Below, piece after piece: positions 22,251 through 32,842 of a stretch of 64,000 nucleotides of DNA. The notes under the pieces are model-generated. The model was not told where the DNA came from. It saw only the letters and a list, made by a program, of their open reading frames with translations, and searched no databases. Position 1 is the first letter of the stretch; the number at the start of each line of letters is the position of its first letter. The position numbers and the translations under genes are program-made. Where the stretch lies: positions 310,001 to 374,000 of the forward strand of contig AP039696.1 in the NCBI GenBank assembly GCA_051599415.1, given 5' to 3'. This DNA is from Savitreella phatthalungensis (taxonomy: Eukaryota).

Positions 22251-23561
22251 ATGGAGCTTCTGGTTCCTAAGCACCGGAGGCCACGGTTCAACGCGCATCT
22301 CGAGGTCGATGACTTGACTAATGTGCCTTTGGTGTCCGGTCTCGTCCATGTCAGGTGGCACTTGCGCGATTCGCTTCGAGGCAATGCGAGAGGCAAGACA
22401 GAGCGCTCGGCTATCAAGGACCACAAAGTACAGTGGAACTACCGTCAGACTATTCCGGTACGGTTAGTTATCGACAAGCAGAATATGCTATCGGATCTCT
22501 GGCTTGAGCTCGAAGTATTTCAAGAGCTATATCAGGGTAAAGAACGACATGCGCTCGGCAGATTATCTCTGAATCTTGCTGAATACGCTGGTCTTGGCGA
22601 GGAGGTCAATCGCAGATATCTGCTACAGGATTCGAAGGTAAATTCCACTTTACGACTGGGCATCTATCTTGAGCAGACTTCAGGCGATAGCGATTACGAT
22701 AAGCCGGAATTGAAGAAGGCGCAGGTGTTTGGCGGGATTACTGGTCTCTTGGCCGAGGGCATCGAGCTGAAGAAACGCGATGAGGAAATGGGGCATTTGT
22801 CGTCAGAAGTTCGGCAGCAGGATGCGCTCGTGACCAGTGTATCGAATGAATTGTTTCGCAATTCCTTGAGTCGGCGATGGCAGCTACTTGCTGGGGAACT
22901 CGATCCTGACGATGTAGTTGACGACATCTTTCGCGGCGGGGATGGGTTCATTCATGGTCCTGACGTCGACTTCCAGGGCCACCCACTACCCCGGCAGCGA
23001 CGAGCAAGCTCAAGACATCGACATGCGACGTCTTCAGTGAGCTCGATGAGCTCTGACGAGGATCTACAGAGCTTAAAATCTAGCAGAAACCAAAAGAAGA
23101 GCTCGCCACGTAAAGACAGATCGCGGGCGACACGATCGCACGATCATACCGCGGATGCCGATGAAGTTGCCCGACGTGGCGATGCACCGTGGTCAGCATC
23201 CGACTTTTATGGAAGTCGCCATAAAAGCCGGCAGAATCTTGGGGGCAAGGGCAAGATATCACGACCATCAACCGGCTACAGTCGTCGGTCGGTCACTGAA
23301 TACCTATCTGCTGATGAAGACGACCAGCGTCACCGCTCTAGCCGGTCATCAGGGCGAGGCTCAAGGTCTTCCTGGGTAGACAGACTTCGCAGTCCTTCTG
23401 ATCAGCGACGTAAGCTCTCTCGCTATGATCGCGCTCAACAGGATGCCGACGAGATACTGCAAGGAGTATCATGGTTCATCGACGCCAACAGGGTCGAACG
23501 CAACGCGGGCAAGTCAAGGGAAGAGCGTGCAAAAAGAGATCAGGAGGTCGAGCTCGAGTAG
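22251..23561 (+). CDS. NT-C2 (EEIG1/EHBP1 N-terminal C2) domain protein
   Basis: VPKHRRPRF..DLTNVPLVSG..RGKT..IKDHKVQWNY..LGRLSLNLAEY..RRYLLQDSKVNSTL. In-frame upstream ATG at 22137 is an alternative start. Confidence 0.85.
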   Translation: MELLVPKHRRPRFNAHLEVDDLTNVPLVSGLVHVRWHLRDSLRGNARGKTERSAIKDHKVQWNYRQTIPVRLVIDKQNMLSDLWLELEVFQELYQGKERHALGRLSLNLAEYAGLGEEVNRRYLLQDSKVNSTLRLGIYLEQTSGDSDYDKPELKKAQVFGGITGLLAEGIELKKRDEEMGHLSSEVRQQDALVTSVSNELFRNSLSRRWQLLAGELDPDDVVDDIFRGGDGFIHGPDVDFQGHPLPRQRRASSRHRHATSSVSSMSSDEDLQSLKSSRNQKKSSPRKDRSRATRSHDHTADADEVARRGDAPWSASDFYGSRHKSRQNLGGKGKISRPSTGYSRRSVTEYLSADEDDQRHRSSRSSGRGSRSSWVDRLRSPSDQRRKLSRYDRAQQDADEILQGVSWFIDANRVERNAGKSREERAKRDQEVELE

Positions 23562-23634
23562 ACAGGACATATAGATCAGCTAGCAGTACATTCATATTTT
23601 GTGTAGGGTTTTACAATGGGCAAAGCATTACAGC

Positions 23635-24324
23635 TTACATGCGCTGCAGAAGGCCACTTGCAACAATGCTGTGAATGGGAGGCAGTATAGGTGTCGGGTC
23701 GCTCCCTCGACGTCGATGGCCCTCCGGATGACTCACGTTGCCCTTCGTTGTGTCTTCCGTGGCTGCATTCGCCTGGACACGCATGCGAGTGCTTGCAAGC
23801 TGCAATGGGGACTTGATCGAAGAGGATGTGCCACTGGCAGCATCACTCTCGGTGGATTCAGACCACGCAAAGCTTGCCTGCGTAGTCAGAAAAGAAGTTC
23901 GCGTCTCGCTCAATGGCAGATCCGATGCGGATCGAGAGACCGAGACGATGTTTTCCTCATCAAGCTGTGATCGTTGCATCATATGCAGAGGAATGCTGAG
24001 AGATCTGTAGGGAACGTCCGTCCGCCGGGCGCGTACTTTGTACATGGCCATGCCTAGACGTACCTTGAGTTGCGAAGCTGCAGTCTGGACTCGCGCAGGT
24101 GAGCGAGAGGAGACTGCTCTGGAGGCTTGCCTAGAAGGGACCGAAGTCGATTGGCTAGATTCCATGCTAGAGGCCGGTTCTTCCGGCGGATCGTCCGGAC
24201 GCATTTGGTGGACGGCTTTGCCCTTGTAAACATCGCTTGCACCGTCGGTTAGACGTTGACGTTTGCTTGGTGTGTTGCTGATGTTGCCGAGCGGCGCGCG
24301 CTTCATTGAAGTTGTGCGGAGCAT
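23635..24324 (-). CDS. Whi5/Nrm1-family G1/S transcriptional repressor
   Basis: LKVRLGMAMYKVRARRTDVPYRSL (Whi5/GTB motif); N-terminal D-box-like RAPLGNISN; TP/SP CDK-type sites; C-terminal ASGLL. Confidence 0.8.
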   Translation of the reverse strand: MLRTTSMKRAPLGNISNTPSKRQRLTDGASDVYKGKAVHQMRPDDPPEEPASSMESSQSTSVPSRQASRAVSSRSPARVQTAASQLKVRLGMAMYKVRARRTDVPYRSLSIPLHMMQRSQLDEENIVSVSRSASDLPLSETRTSFLTTQASFAWSESTESDAASGTSSSIKSPLQLASTRMRVQANAATEDTTKGNVSHPEGHRRRGSDPTPILPPIHSIVASGLLQRM

Positions 24325-24360
24325 GATTGGATGTGTCCGGAGCTTTGGTACAAGGATCTT

Positions 24361-24562
24361 ACGCGTTCATCTTTCACTGCGTGTCGATTGCTTCTAGTGA
24401 AGGGTTTTAGAAGTGCTCAAGACCAAGTATTACCACTTGACTTGTTGAGGTCTCACTCGAATGCGGAGAGACGGCCACGGGGAAGTCGCTGATCAGTATG
24501 AGTGTAGATGTCGACGTTGCCACGGCGTGGTTGAACGCGCCAGTTGCCAAGCGTACACGCGC
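24361..24562. promoter_or_regulatory. MCB-like elements upstream of the Whi5/Nrm1-like gene
   Basis: ACGCGT 24361-24366; ACGCGC 24535-24540 and 24557-24562. Confidence 0.45.
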
Positions 24563-25260
24563 GCAGCAGATCGATTCAAAGCGCGGTGAGTAAATTCAAC
24601 GTGCATGCAAAGCTAGGCGCATGCAGTGATAAATTCGACTTGGCCTGGTCTGGTGTAAGTTGTAAAATACCCTGACACTAATAGCACGACCTGGACTTCT
24701 GAAAGAGAATTAAAGGAAAGCAATATTCAAAATCTATACTTTTTGAAGAAAGTGCAAAAGTCCGAGTTGAGGTTTAACTCAGTTCTACCGAATTTAAATT
24801 ACTTATTGCTGAATTCCATACATCGAATTATCCTCGAACCACATATATGCATATATAAATGACATGATAGAAAGCATAAACGCATATTTGAAGACGATCG
24901 AGCTTAGAAGCCAATACATGATCAGCATTGAATTCTCGAAATGAAGTTGATCGATCGAATAATGAAATGAATTTGCAATTTGCTGTAGCCATGCTCATCA
25001 TGCAGTGATATTTGTTTTGAATTTCTCGATTTGGGAGATCCAAACAAAAAGCGAATTTAACCGAGTTCTACATTCATGCAGCGTTGCCATCAGACGGCAT
25101 CATAGCTATAGTCAAACAAACGCAACTTCTAACACGCGTCAAGAAATTCGACAATGGAAGCAATATCAATTCCACTATCTTACAATTTGTCCATGAACAT
25201 CGTGATCACCAACATTCTCATTGTCTGATGATCTTTAGTGTTGGAAGCTCCCGACACGTA

Positions 25261-27087
25261 CTACATGCAAAGCTCATCCTCCGGGGTGCTCGTGGTCGAG
25301 AATGCCATCCGAGATAGGCGATCAGTGGAGTGAGCCTTATTTCTTATCGTGCCCTTCCAATCCCAAGATTTCGTACCGTTCTGCCATGAATTCCGATCAA
25401 CTTGAATAAGAGGCAGACGTCTACAGATCCTTTTACACGGACTGTCATCTGCGGTCGGCTGAGCGAGAGAATTTCTTTTAGGAGCTGGAGAGGCCAGCAG
25501 GCTGATGATGTCTCTCGAGCCTGGAGAATGCTTTCGTGCCGTGTGTCGCTCGACAGATCTCAACAGTTGTCGGGACAGTCTGTGCGATCGAGACTGAACA
25601 CCCTGAATCTCTTGGCACATCTTTGCAGGTCGAGCTAGGGGCGAGAAGATATCGTCTCGAGGCTCACAGACCGGCACTGGCGCCTTGACCAACACTATGC
25701 CCGAGAACAATCGCTTTCGGTTGATAGCAGGCGTCGCTTCGACCCAACTGTCGAGCACCGGCTCCCAACGGAAATCTTTGCCGGTACGCTGGCTCTTGGC
25801 TTGTACTAGCTTAGTTGCCATCCGCTTAAGCCATTCTGCGTTCGCCGAGTTCTGAGTAGTGATTTCCTCGATGAGCGCAGAGGCGATGAGATCATCAATG
25901 CCCAAGAAGCTCTCGCACAGCCGCTTGAGGGCTGCAGGTGGCAGTAGCGCGATGCCTCGACGTATTTGCACCTGGCAGGCGGGATGTGAAAGATTCTGAA
26001 CAATAGGATTCGTCTCTGCCGAGTTTGCCGCTTCAAGTATCGCAAGAGCTGCAACATGTGGCATATTTCGGTAGCGCTTAGAGGTCCAGAGAAGTCGTAG
26101 AGCGCGATTAGTAATGTAATGGTCGTTCTGGAATATAAGACGACCGCACAACTGCTCAGCAAAATGCAAATGACGCTCGACTTGACCAGGGGTCTGACAG
26201 TCATTGGCATCCACGAGATCAGCCTGCAAAAAATCCAGATAAAGTCGCGCAAACGTGCAATCAAGAGGAGCTGTAAGATTCGACTCCAACACCAGCGGTA
26301 CCCTTCCATCGAGGACGCCGCCTTCCAAAAGGCTCCTAGCTAGCACTATTCGCAAGTGCTGATCGCAGTGTATTTGTGATCCTAGCTCGAGCCAGCCATT
26401 TAATACTTTCCTGGTCAGCTTGCCGGCAGGGAAGACCTCGAAATATCGGTCTATAGCGAGCTTCTGCACAGGCTCTGGCAGTATCTGGAGCAGGACTTTC
26501 CAAATAGGCGCAAGAACTTGCACTTCATCCAGCAGCAACTGGGTACAGTGGCCTTCAAGACCGGACCGGAGCTCGTCCAATGGCAGACAATCGTACCACA
26601 GGTCTGCAGCGACGATGGCTTGTACGTTCTCCTCGTTGTCACCGATACAGGTAAGCTGAATGCATCGGCCAACAGCTAAAGCACACCGAGTGGTCAGGCT
26701 CGTTAGCTTTTGATTGGGAGTCCTGTAGATTGCCTGAATACTTTGGAAGACCGCGAGATATGCGTTGTATGCAGCAGGACTAGTCTTGCTTGAGACCAGT
26801 TCATTGTTCAAGAAGTCAAATCGCGATTCATGAGGTGCCTCAGCTGGTTGTGATGACGCTGACGCGAGTCCTGAGGATGTCTCAGGGCCTACACGCCTGC
26901 TGCTGCCGTAAGTCTTAGCTCTTGCTGCGCGGCCTGCGGGACCAGCCCGTGCGCCGACAGCCGCCCAAGATGAGACATCGTCCGCAACGTACCGCGAATG
27001 CTCCAAGCAGCGTTTCAGTGCGGCAATTTTAGCCTTGACTGGCCGCATCGCGCGAAGACATCTTGAAGCTGTCCAATCTGGCTGCAT
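25261..27087 (-). CDS. Hypothetical protein, 608 aa, function unknown
   Basis: Long ORF with first ATG at 27087. N-terminal WTASRCLRAMRPVKAKIAAL, helical core, FRWEPVLDSWVEATP motif, C-terminal EDELCM. Confidence 0.8.
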   Translation of the reverse strand: MQPDWTASRCLRAMRPVKAKIAALKRCLEHSRYVADDVSSWAAVGARAGPAGRAARAKTYGSSRRVGPETSSGLASASSQPAEAPHESRFDFLNNELVSSKTSPAAYNAYLAVFQSIQAIYRTPNQKLTSLTTRCALAVGRCIQLTCIGDNEENVQAIVAADLWYDCLPLDELRSGLEGHCTQLLLDEVQVLAPIWKVLLQILPEPVQKLAIDRYFEVFPAGKLTRKVLNGWLELGSQIHCDQHLRIVLARSLLEGGVLDGRVPLVLESNLTAPLDCTFARLYLDFLQADLVDANDCQTPGQVERHLHFAEQLCGRLIFQNDHYITNRALRLLWTSKRYRNMPHVAALAILEAANSAETNPIVQNLSHPACQVQIRRGIALLPPAALKRLCESFLGIDDLIASALIEEITTQNSANAEWLKRMATKLVQAKSQRTGKDFRWEPVLDSWVEATPAINRKRLFSGIVLVKAPVPVCEPRDDIFSPLARPAKMCQEIQGVQSRSHRLSRQLLRSVERHTARKHSPGSRDIISLLASPAPKRNSLAQPTADDSPCKRICRRLPLIQVDRNSWQNGTKSWDWKGTIRNKAHSTDRLSRMAFSTTSTPEDELCM

Positions 27088-27511
27088 AATGAGCTCTAAA
27101 GAACATTGAGTGCAGGTACTTTGGATCCAAAGAAAGCAGCGCTTGAGTTGCTGCGCCTGTCTTCGCAAGCCGCCTTGCCTATGTGCCTGCTGATGTGTTT
27201 ATCTGGTTTTGGAGCCATGACAATAGCAACGCCTCTCTGACACCTAATCCACATGAAATTTGGATTCGTGCATCGATTGCAATTGATCGAGTAGCTGCGG
27301 GTGTGCAGGACGGATGAACCATGAATAATTTACACGTACGTATGGATACATGCTAAACATGGCAATGCTCGAAGGAAGATGCACAGAAAACCAATCTCGC
27401 AGACCTTGCACGTCAGACAAGTGATAGCCCGAGCTGTGACGTAGCCGATGATGTTCAATTTCTAAGTCAGAGAGGGAGAGAGAGGCCGGAGACCGCAAAT
27501 CTGGCGTCGAG

Positions 27512-28711
27512 ATGGCTCAGCGAAGAGAGTCAGTCACTCAGCCATCATTCAGGCGTGGCTCTAGTCTGACCGGACGACCACCGGGTCAGGCCTATTTCGA
27601 TCGGCAGACCTTCCTAAAGGAATCTTGGGACCCCTACAGTCACGCGAATCAGCTCTTGGCAGATGTGAATGATCGCGATGATCCGCAGGTCGACTTTGAC
27701 CCGGCGGAAAATAGGGCTATGTACGAGCTTGATGAAGTAGATAATTCTTCTAAGCAAGTGCTAGAGGAGGATTGGGAGGTCCTACTGCGGCAGACTTCAG
27801 TCGCCATGGAGGCCATGAAAGACTTGCGAGAGATCGATTCTGCTCTTGACTCGACGCAGCAAACCTACAATCGTCTGGCAGTCCGGAGCGTGGCCGCATA
27901 CGATGAGGCGAAGCCTCTGCAGGAAGCTTTGTCGAAACTTGTGGTTGCGGAGGAGCTTGCTCAGGAGCTTGTGGCATACCTACAGCGTTTGACCAGGCTA
28001 GAGGCGTGTGTCGCTGGTGATGACCTTCAGTTGACATGCGACCTGCTTGAGGAGTTAGAAGCACAGACGGCGGCGACGCCGTCTCTTCGTCAGATACGCA
28101 TAGTCATTGCTCAGCGAGAGCGTCTCGCGCATTTCAAAGCAACGCTGCTGCGAAGCGTCACCATTAGGCTGAGAGGCTTCGATCGGCTGGAAGAGGCCGT
28201 CACATGTGCAGCGCGCTTGGGCAGAGCAACGAGTGACCGCATCGTCACAGAGACTGTGCTTGAGACAATTCGAGACGGGGAGACCACTCTCAAGGACGCA
28301 ATCATTGTTTCTGCTTCCCTGCGACGCCTCTACACTCAGGATCCCGCTGCAGCCTCACGCGACTATATAACCGGGGTCACTCAGGCTTTGGCCGAGTTGC
28401 GCGAGCAGGGCGATGGTTTGGACGCCTTGCAGCAGGCTTTAGCGACAGCATTTGACAATCAGGGCGAAGAAAATGGCGCCGATGTGGTATCTGCACTCTT
28501 GGAGCAATCATTTGATGGCTCGGCGAGCATGCGATTGTTCTTCTGGAGAGAAATCGCACACAAGATTGGCGCACAGACTCGCGACGCAGCTCGTCGAGAT
28601 GCATGGGTATACAAGACATTGCGAGCTGTTGATCCAGATAAGATCATCGGACGATCACTGACAAAGGGGACGCTCGAATACAACGTCGTTTTCAACAGTC
28701 TGAGGAGATAA
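27512..28711 (+). CDS. COG5: Conserved oligomeric Golgi complex subunit 5-like
   Basis: YFDRQTFLKESWDPYSHANQLL..DFDPAENRAMYELDEVD..YNRL matches the fungal Cog5 N-terminal pattern; FFWREIA near the C-terminus. Confidence 0.75.
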   Translation: MAQRRESVTQPSFRRGSSLTGRPPGQAYFDRQTFLKESWDPYSHANQLLADVNDRDDPQVDFDPAENRAMYELDEVDNSSKQVLEEDWEVLLRQTSVAMEAMKDLREIDSALDSTQQTYNRLAVRSVAAYDEAKPLQEALSKLVVAEELAQELVAYLQRLTRLEACVAGDDLQLTCDLLEELEAQTAATPSLRQIRIVIAQRERLAHFKATLLRSVTIRLRGFDRLEEAVTCAARLGRATSDRIVTETVLETIRDGETTLKDAIIVSASLRRLYTQDPAAASRDYITGVTQALAELREQGDGLDALQQALATAFDNQGEENGADVVSALLEQSFDGSASMRLFFWREIAHKIGAQTRDAARRDAWVYKTLRAVDPDKIIGRSLTKGTLEYNVVFNSLRR

Positions 28712-28781
28712 AATCCGGGCATACGAGAACTTCAAAGCTTGACCGCTCTGGAATACTTAGAAGCTGACCGCTCTGGGATAG

Positions 28782-29348
28782 TTAGAGGTTACGGACTGCC
28801 CAGTCGCGGAGGAGTGTCTGACCGTAAGCGAAAAGGCCAAGTCCTGCTGTTGTCAGGCCGATCTCCTGCCAGCCGAGTCTGCCCTCCTCGTGGCGCTTGT
28901 AGCCTGCGTAGGCAAGGGACGCAAGGACGACAACATCGATGACGTTGTAGGTCTCCGGCTGCTTGAGCAGGTGGGTGACCTCACGCTTTGTCTTGTCTGC
29001 CGCCTTGCGAGCTTCGCGCTTGGCCTTGTCGACGTCGGCATCGTCAATTCCACGCTTCACATCAGATGCAAACTTGTCGACCTTCTTACCAGCCTTGTCG
29101 AGTGCGCTGTCGACCCGGTCGCCGACCTTGTCAGCTGCGTTGCGAGCCTTGCTGCCGGCCTCGTCTGCACCAGAGCGCAGCTTGTCGGCTGCCTCTCGCG
29201 ATGCGCTGTTGACTTGGTCAGCGCCTTGTCCAGCGGCATCGGCTGCCTTGTCAGCCGCCTGGCGTGTAGAGGATTCCAGTTCGGCAGACTTGTTTGCTAC
29301 TTTGTCCTGAGCGGACTGCCGAGAGCCAAGTGAGGACGAGTTAGACAT
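28782..29348 (-). CDS. OM14-C-like membrane protein with hydrophilic LEA-like repeat N-terminus, 188 aa
   Basis: Repeated AADKA/AADKL/AADKV/ALDKA/AADKT units, then NVIDVVVLASLAYAGYKRHEEGRLGWQEIGLTTAGLGLF resembling the fungal OM14 C-terminal domain. Confidence 0.65.
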   Translation of the reverse strand: MSNSSSLGSRQSAQDKVANKSAELESSTRQAADKAADAAGQGADQVNSASREAADKLRSGADEAGSKARNAADKVGDRVDSALDKAGKKVDKFASDVKRGIDDADVDKAKREARKAADKTKREVTHLLKQPETYNVIDVVVLASLAYAGYKRHEEGRLGWQEIGLTTAGLGLFAYGQTLLRDWAVRNL

Positions 29349-29528
29349 GGTTAATATAATGGGTGTGGTCGTCGGAGATGTGGAATGATGCCCCTTATGT
29401 CCCCGAAATGACTTGCTTGTCTGAGGGAGAACGTTTGTCTGCGTTCGTGGGTTCACTTCCGCCCAATCGACTTTCTCTCACATATCAGCTAGCCACAGGG
29501 TTATCAGCGTGAGGTCAGAATCCAAATG

Positions 29529-29559
29529 TGACGTCAAACTTTAATTGAAAATACACGTG
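29529..29559. promoter_or_regulatory. CRE/ATF site and E-box upstream of the OM14/LEA-like gene
   Basis: Perfect TGACGTCA 29529-29536 and CACGTG 29554-29559, about 180-210 bp upstream of ATG 29348. Confidence 0.4.
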
Positions 29560-29824
29560 ATTGGCATAATCCACCCAGACTGTCATTCATCCGCGGAATG
29601 CCGCAGATAGTTTCTTCCCTCGGGACCATCCGCGCTCAAGAACATATCACGCCGCCTTTGCGTACACAGATTCCGCCACATCATGGACCCGGTAAACTGC
29701 AGAGGTGTTGTCATTACGTTTTACAGCGTACGTGTATCGTTTATAGATGTCTAATTTGTGTTGCTCTTGCGTTCCCAGTGCTGGAGTTGTTCGTTCAAGC
29801 TCGATCGTTCAGTCTCGGGATGTG

Positions 29825-32800
29825 TCATTTACTAGGGATGTCAATCTTGACGGGTACCTGGAAGATCTCATCGCCGAATCCCTCGAACCAGCCGTGATCG
29901 AGCACTTGCTTCATCGTCAATCTTGCATTGACATCGCGGTTCAGCATCCGCCTGATAAGATCAATGGAGCGCTCCGATAGGATGTAGGGCACTCTGAGCT
30001 CACGATCCATGATTTCGTCAATGTTGTAAAATGGGTTCTCCTTGTACACGAGCGTGTAGAATAGGATGCCACATGCCCACACGTCTTGTTCTTTTCCCAT
30101 GTAAGGCTTGCCCTCCAGTGCCTCGGGACTTGCGTAATCAAGAGTGCCGTGGAACGTATCAAATGGTCCATTGCGGCAATAGTTTGCACTGCCGAAGTCG
30201 ATGAGCTTGATCCAACCGCTTCGATCAATCACGACGTTCTCGTCCTTGATATCGCGGTGGACAATGTCAAGCTCGTGTAGGTGATGCAGTGCTCGTGCGA
30301 CCTGCAACGAAATTGCGATGCACTCATGCTCGTCCATGTTTGTGTTGAGCTCGATGAAGTCGAAGAGGTCCATGCCAGGCAGATGTGCGCCCATGACAAT
30401 GTAGTAATTTCGATCGTCCTCGAAGAAGTCCTTCATCTCGACAAGATTACGATGCGGATGACTTTGAAGTCGGCTCAGGACGTGGATCTCGAGAGGTACT
30501 GTGCCCAACTTACGGTCGCGAGTCCAGGTGTCGACAAGAATTCGCGATTTGATAACGTATTTGAGCACGACTTTCCGACGCTTACGGCCATAACGAGCCA
30601 ATTTGACTTGGCCGTACGCGCCAGCGCCCATATCCTCCAAGATCTGATAGCTGTTGATGTCGTGGGGGACCGTGTCAGCGAGCGGATCTGGGGTCGGTAC
30701 TTTCTCAATGGCTCGAGCGAGCTCGGCGGGATGAGGAAGGTCTGCATCGGCCCCAAGCGCATCTGATCCCTCAACTGCCTGTTCTGCAGGCGTCTGAGCT
30801 GCAGACGGGCTGGTCGTCGCCTGCATCGCAGTCGTCATGACAGACGACACGACCTCGCTTTGCGCCTCTAGTGTCAGCCCCTTTTCGAACGAAATCCATA
30901 AAGCATACAGGCGCTCCTCAGCGTCGGTGTCCATGGCGTCCATAGAGCGAGAGCTGCCATTAGATCCGGTCACGGCTTTGGCAATCCGCATTTGTATATC
31001 AATAGGGATGATACTTCCATCTCGGTGCACGCTCTCAATGCCTCGAAGCGGCAAGTTCATCTCGAGACCGGTGACTTTTCGGGCAGCATCTCTGAATGCG
31101 AGCTCGGGAATGATGTCACCCTCGTCGAAGGAGCGTCCTTCATGCTCCCCAATGTATCGTAACATGGCAGCGAACTGCGGTATGAGTTTTGTGATGGGCA
31201 TGCCGGCGATATCGGCGTGGCCGAAGAGAGAGCTGCAGAAGACAGCATTTGCTGACTTCACATCGAGGCTATCTGCTGAGACGAGCACAATACCGGCGAC
31301 GTGTGGCAAAAAGGACACGCGGAGTTGCGCGAGTCCCGATTGAGATTTGCTGACACCGACAGTGCATGGCACGTACCCCGCTCGATCGCGCATGGCATAG
31401 TATGCGTTGGAAGCTACTGCGGCCAGATCTAGCCGACCCTCCACGTTACGTGGAAGGGTTGGCAGCACCTCGGCTATGCGTAACCCGATAATCTCCCGCT
31501 CGAAGACCTTCGTCGGGTCACCGGAGCATTCGCTGACCATTTCGTCAGCGGCGTCGAGAGTCACAGTGGCCACGGTTTCCTCGATCTCCTCGATAACCCA
31601 CACGAGGCCCGTGATTCGCTCTTTGACCCAGACGGATGCTGCTCCAATACTTAGACGCTTGATCACAGGAAGCACGTCGCCGCAGAGAAGCACACGATTC
31701 TCTGCCGACGGCTCAGCCTGGACACTTGTGAGCTTCCTGCGAAGCCAGTCACGGCGGTCTTCAACAATGTAGTCCAGGAGACTTGTGCGCTGACGAATCG
31801 CCTCGCGACCGACCCCGAAGATCATCGTCGCGTAGTCATTCGCGGACTGAATAATCCATGGCGTGTTGAGCGAGGTTGAAAACACCGCTTGAGTGTTCTG
31901 TTGTCCCCAGCGGTTGTTGTGATGGATATGGACCAGCGGCGATTGCTGGTAATACGAATTAACGGCAGTGAAATCTGTGCATGAGAGAGATGCCTGCAGA
32001 TGTCGTCCGAGCTCGGCGTATGGCTCATTGGAGATCGACGCTCTTCGTCTCGTTTGTTGGGTCTGCTCTGAAGGCGGTGGAAGATAGGAGTTGGCGACTG
32101 TTAGTGGGACGACTGAAGTCTTCATCGTGCTTGAGGGCACGGGGCTTGCTCTGCCGGAGCCAGAATCAGGAGTCGCGGTCAAAAGTTTGGAGAAATCCTC
32201 ATCTGTGACGCCCATCGGAGGTGCTGTCTTGGGAGGCTGCCTCGTCGGGTCGAATGCGACATCGTTGACTCCATGTAGATCGAGCTTGAGCTCGCGTCGT
32301 GGAACTTTCTTCCGAGCCGTTGCCAGCGCCTCGTCTGCATCAAGGCGCTCAGGAGAATATTGACCGTGTGGATCTGACTTGCTGCGGGCAAGACGTTCGC
32401 GAAGGTATTCAATTGACCTCTTTACGATGTCATGCCGAGCCGCTACCGTGTCATGTTGTACAGCGAAGGAGAAAGAATGGAGTGACGTCGAAGGGAAGGT
32501 CTCCAGATCTTCTAGTTGGACAGACGAATTATTGGCATGCAACATCAGTGTCGGTGTGCGGTTGCCTGGCAAGGTGTCGAGATTATCGCTCGAGTTCTGC
32601 CTTGTCACGGGCCTCGAACGAATTCGACCGAGTCCACCACGTCCTTGAGCGACTTTCGTGCTCAGGCCAGCACCATTGCTACTGCTCAAGCCATCACCGG
32701 TCGCAGTTCCCGTCGTTGCAGGATTGCCATCCTCGAAGGAGATTGTGCGATTTGCGCGGACGTCTCGGTTGAGCCTAGCTGCAGCGGTGTCAGTTGCTAT

Positions 32801-32842
32801 CGAGGGGGCTGTGGAGCTATTTGTCTCTTGAGAAGACGACAT
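29825..32842 (-). CDS. PAS-domain Ser/Thr kinase (PASK/Psk/Ppk6-like), 1005 aa
   Basis: C-terminal kinase GAGAYGQVK, KSRILVDTWTRDRKLGTVPLEIHVL, HRDIKDENV, IDFGSA, GTLDYASPE; upstream PAS-like segments (PWIIQSAND, HRDGSIIPIDIQMR). Confidence 0.92.
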   Translation of the reverse strand: MSSSQETNSSTAPSIATDTAAARLNRDVRANRTISFEDGNPATTGTATGDGLSSSNGAGLSTKVAQGRGGLGRIRSRPVTRQNSSDNLDTLPGNRTPTLMLHANNSSVQLEDLETFPSTSLHSFSFAVQHDTVAARHDIVKRSIEYLRERLARSKSDPHGQYSPERLDADEALATARKKVPRRELKLDLHGVNDVAFDPTRQPPKTAPPMGVTDEDFSKLLTATPDSGSGRASPVPSSTMKTSVVPLTVANSYLPPPSEQTQQTRRRASISNEPYAELGRHLQASLSCTDFTAVNSYYQQSPLVHIHHNNRWGQQNTQAVFSTSLNTPWIIQSANDYATMIFGVGREAIRQRTSLLDYIVEDRRDWLRRKLTSVQAEPSAENRVLLCGDVLPVIKRLSIGAASVWVKERITGLVWVIEEIEETVATVTLDAADEMVSECSGDPTKVFEREIIGLRIAEVLPTLPRNVEGRLDLAAVASNAYYAMRDRAGYVPCTVGVSKSQSGLAQLRVSFLPHVAGIVLVSADSLDVKSANAVFCSSLFGHADIAGMPITKLIPQFAAMLRYIGEHEGRSFDEGDIIPELAFRDAARKVTGLEMNLPLRGIESVHRDGSIIPIDIQMRIAKAVTGSNGSSRSMDAMDTDAEERLYALWISFEKGLTLEAQSEVVSSVMTTAMQATTSPSAAQTPAEQAVEGSDALGADADLPHPAELARAIEKVPTPDPLADTVPHDINSYQILEDMGAGAYGQVKLARYGRKRRKVVLKYVIKSRILVDTWTRDRKLGTVPLEIHVLSRLQSHPHRNLVEMKDFFEDDRNYYIVMGAHLPGMDLFDFIELNTNMDEHECIAISLQVARALHHLHELDIVHRDIKDENVVIDRSGWIKLIDFGSANYCRNGPFDTFHGTLDYASPEALEGKPYMGKEQDVWACGILFYTLVYKENPFYNIDEIMDRELRVPYILSERSIDLIRRMLNRDVNARLTMKQVLDHGWFEGFGDEIFQVPVKIDIPSK

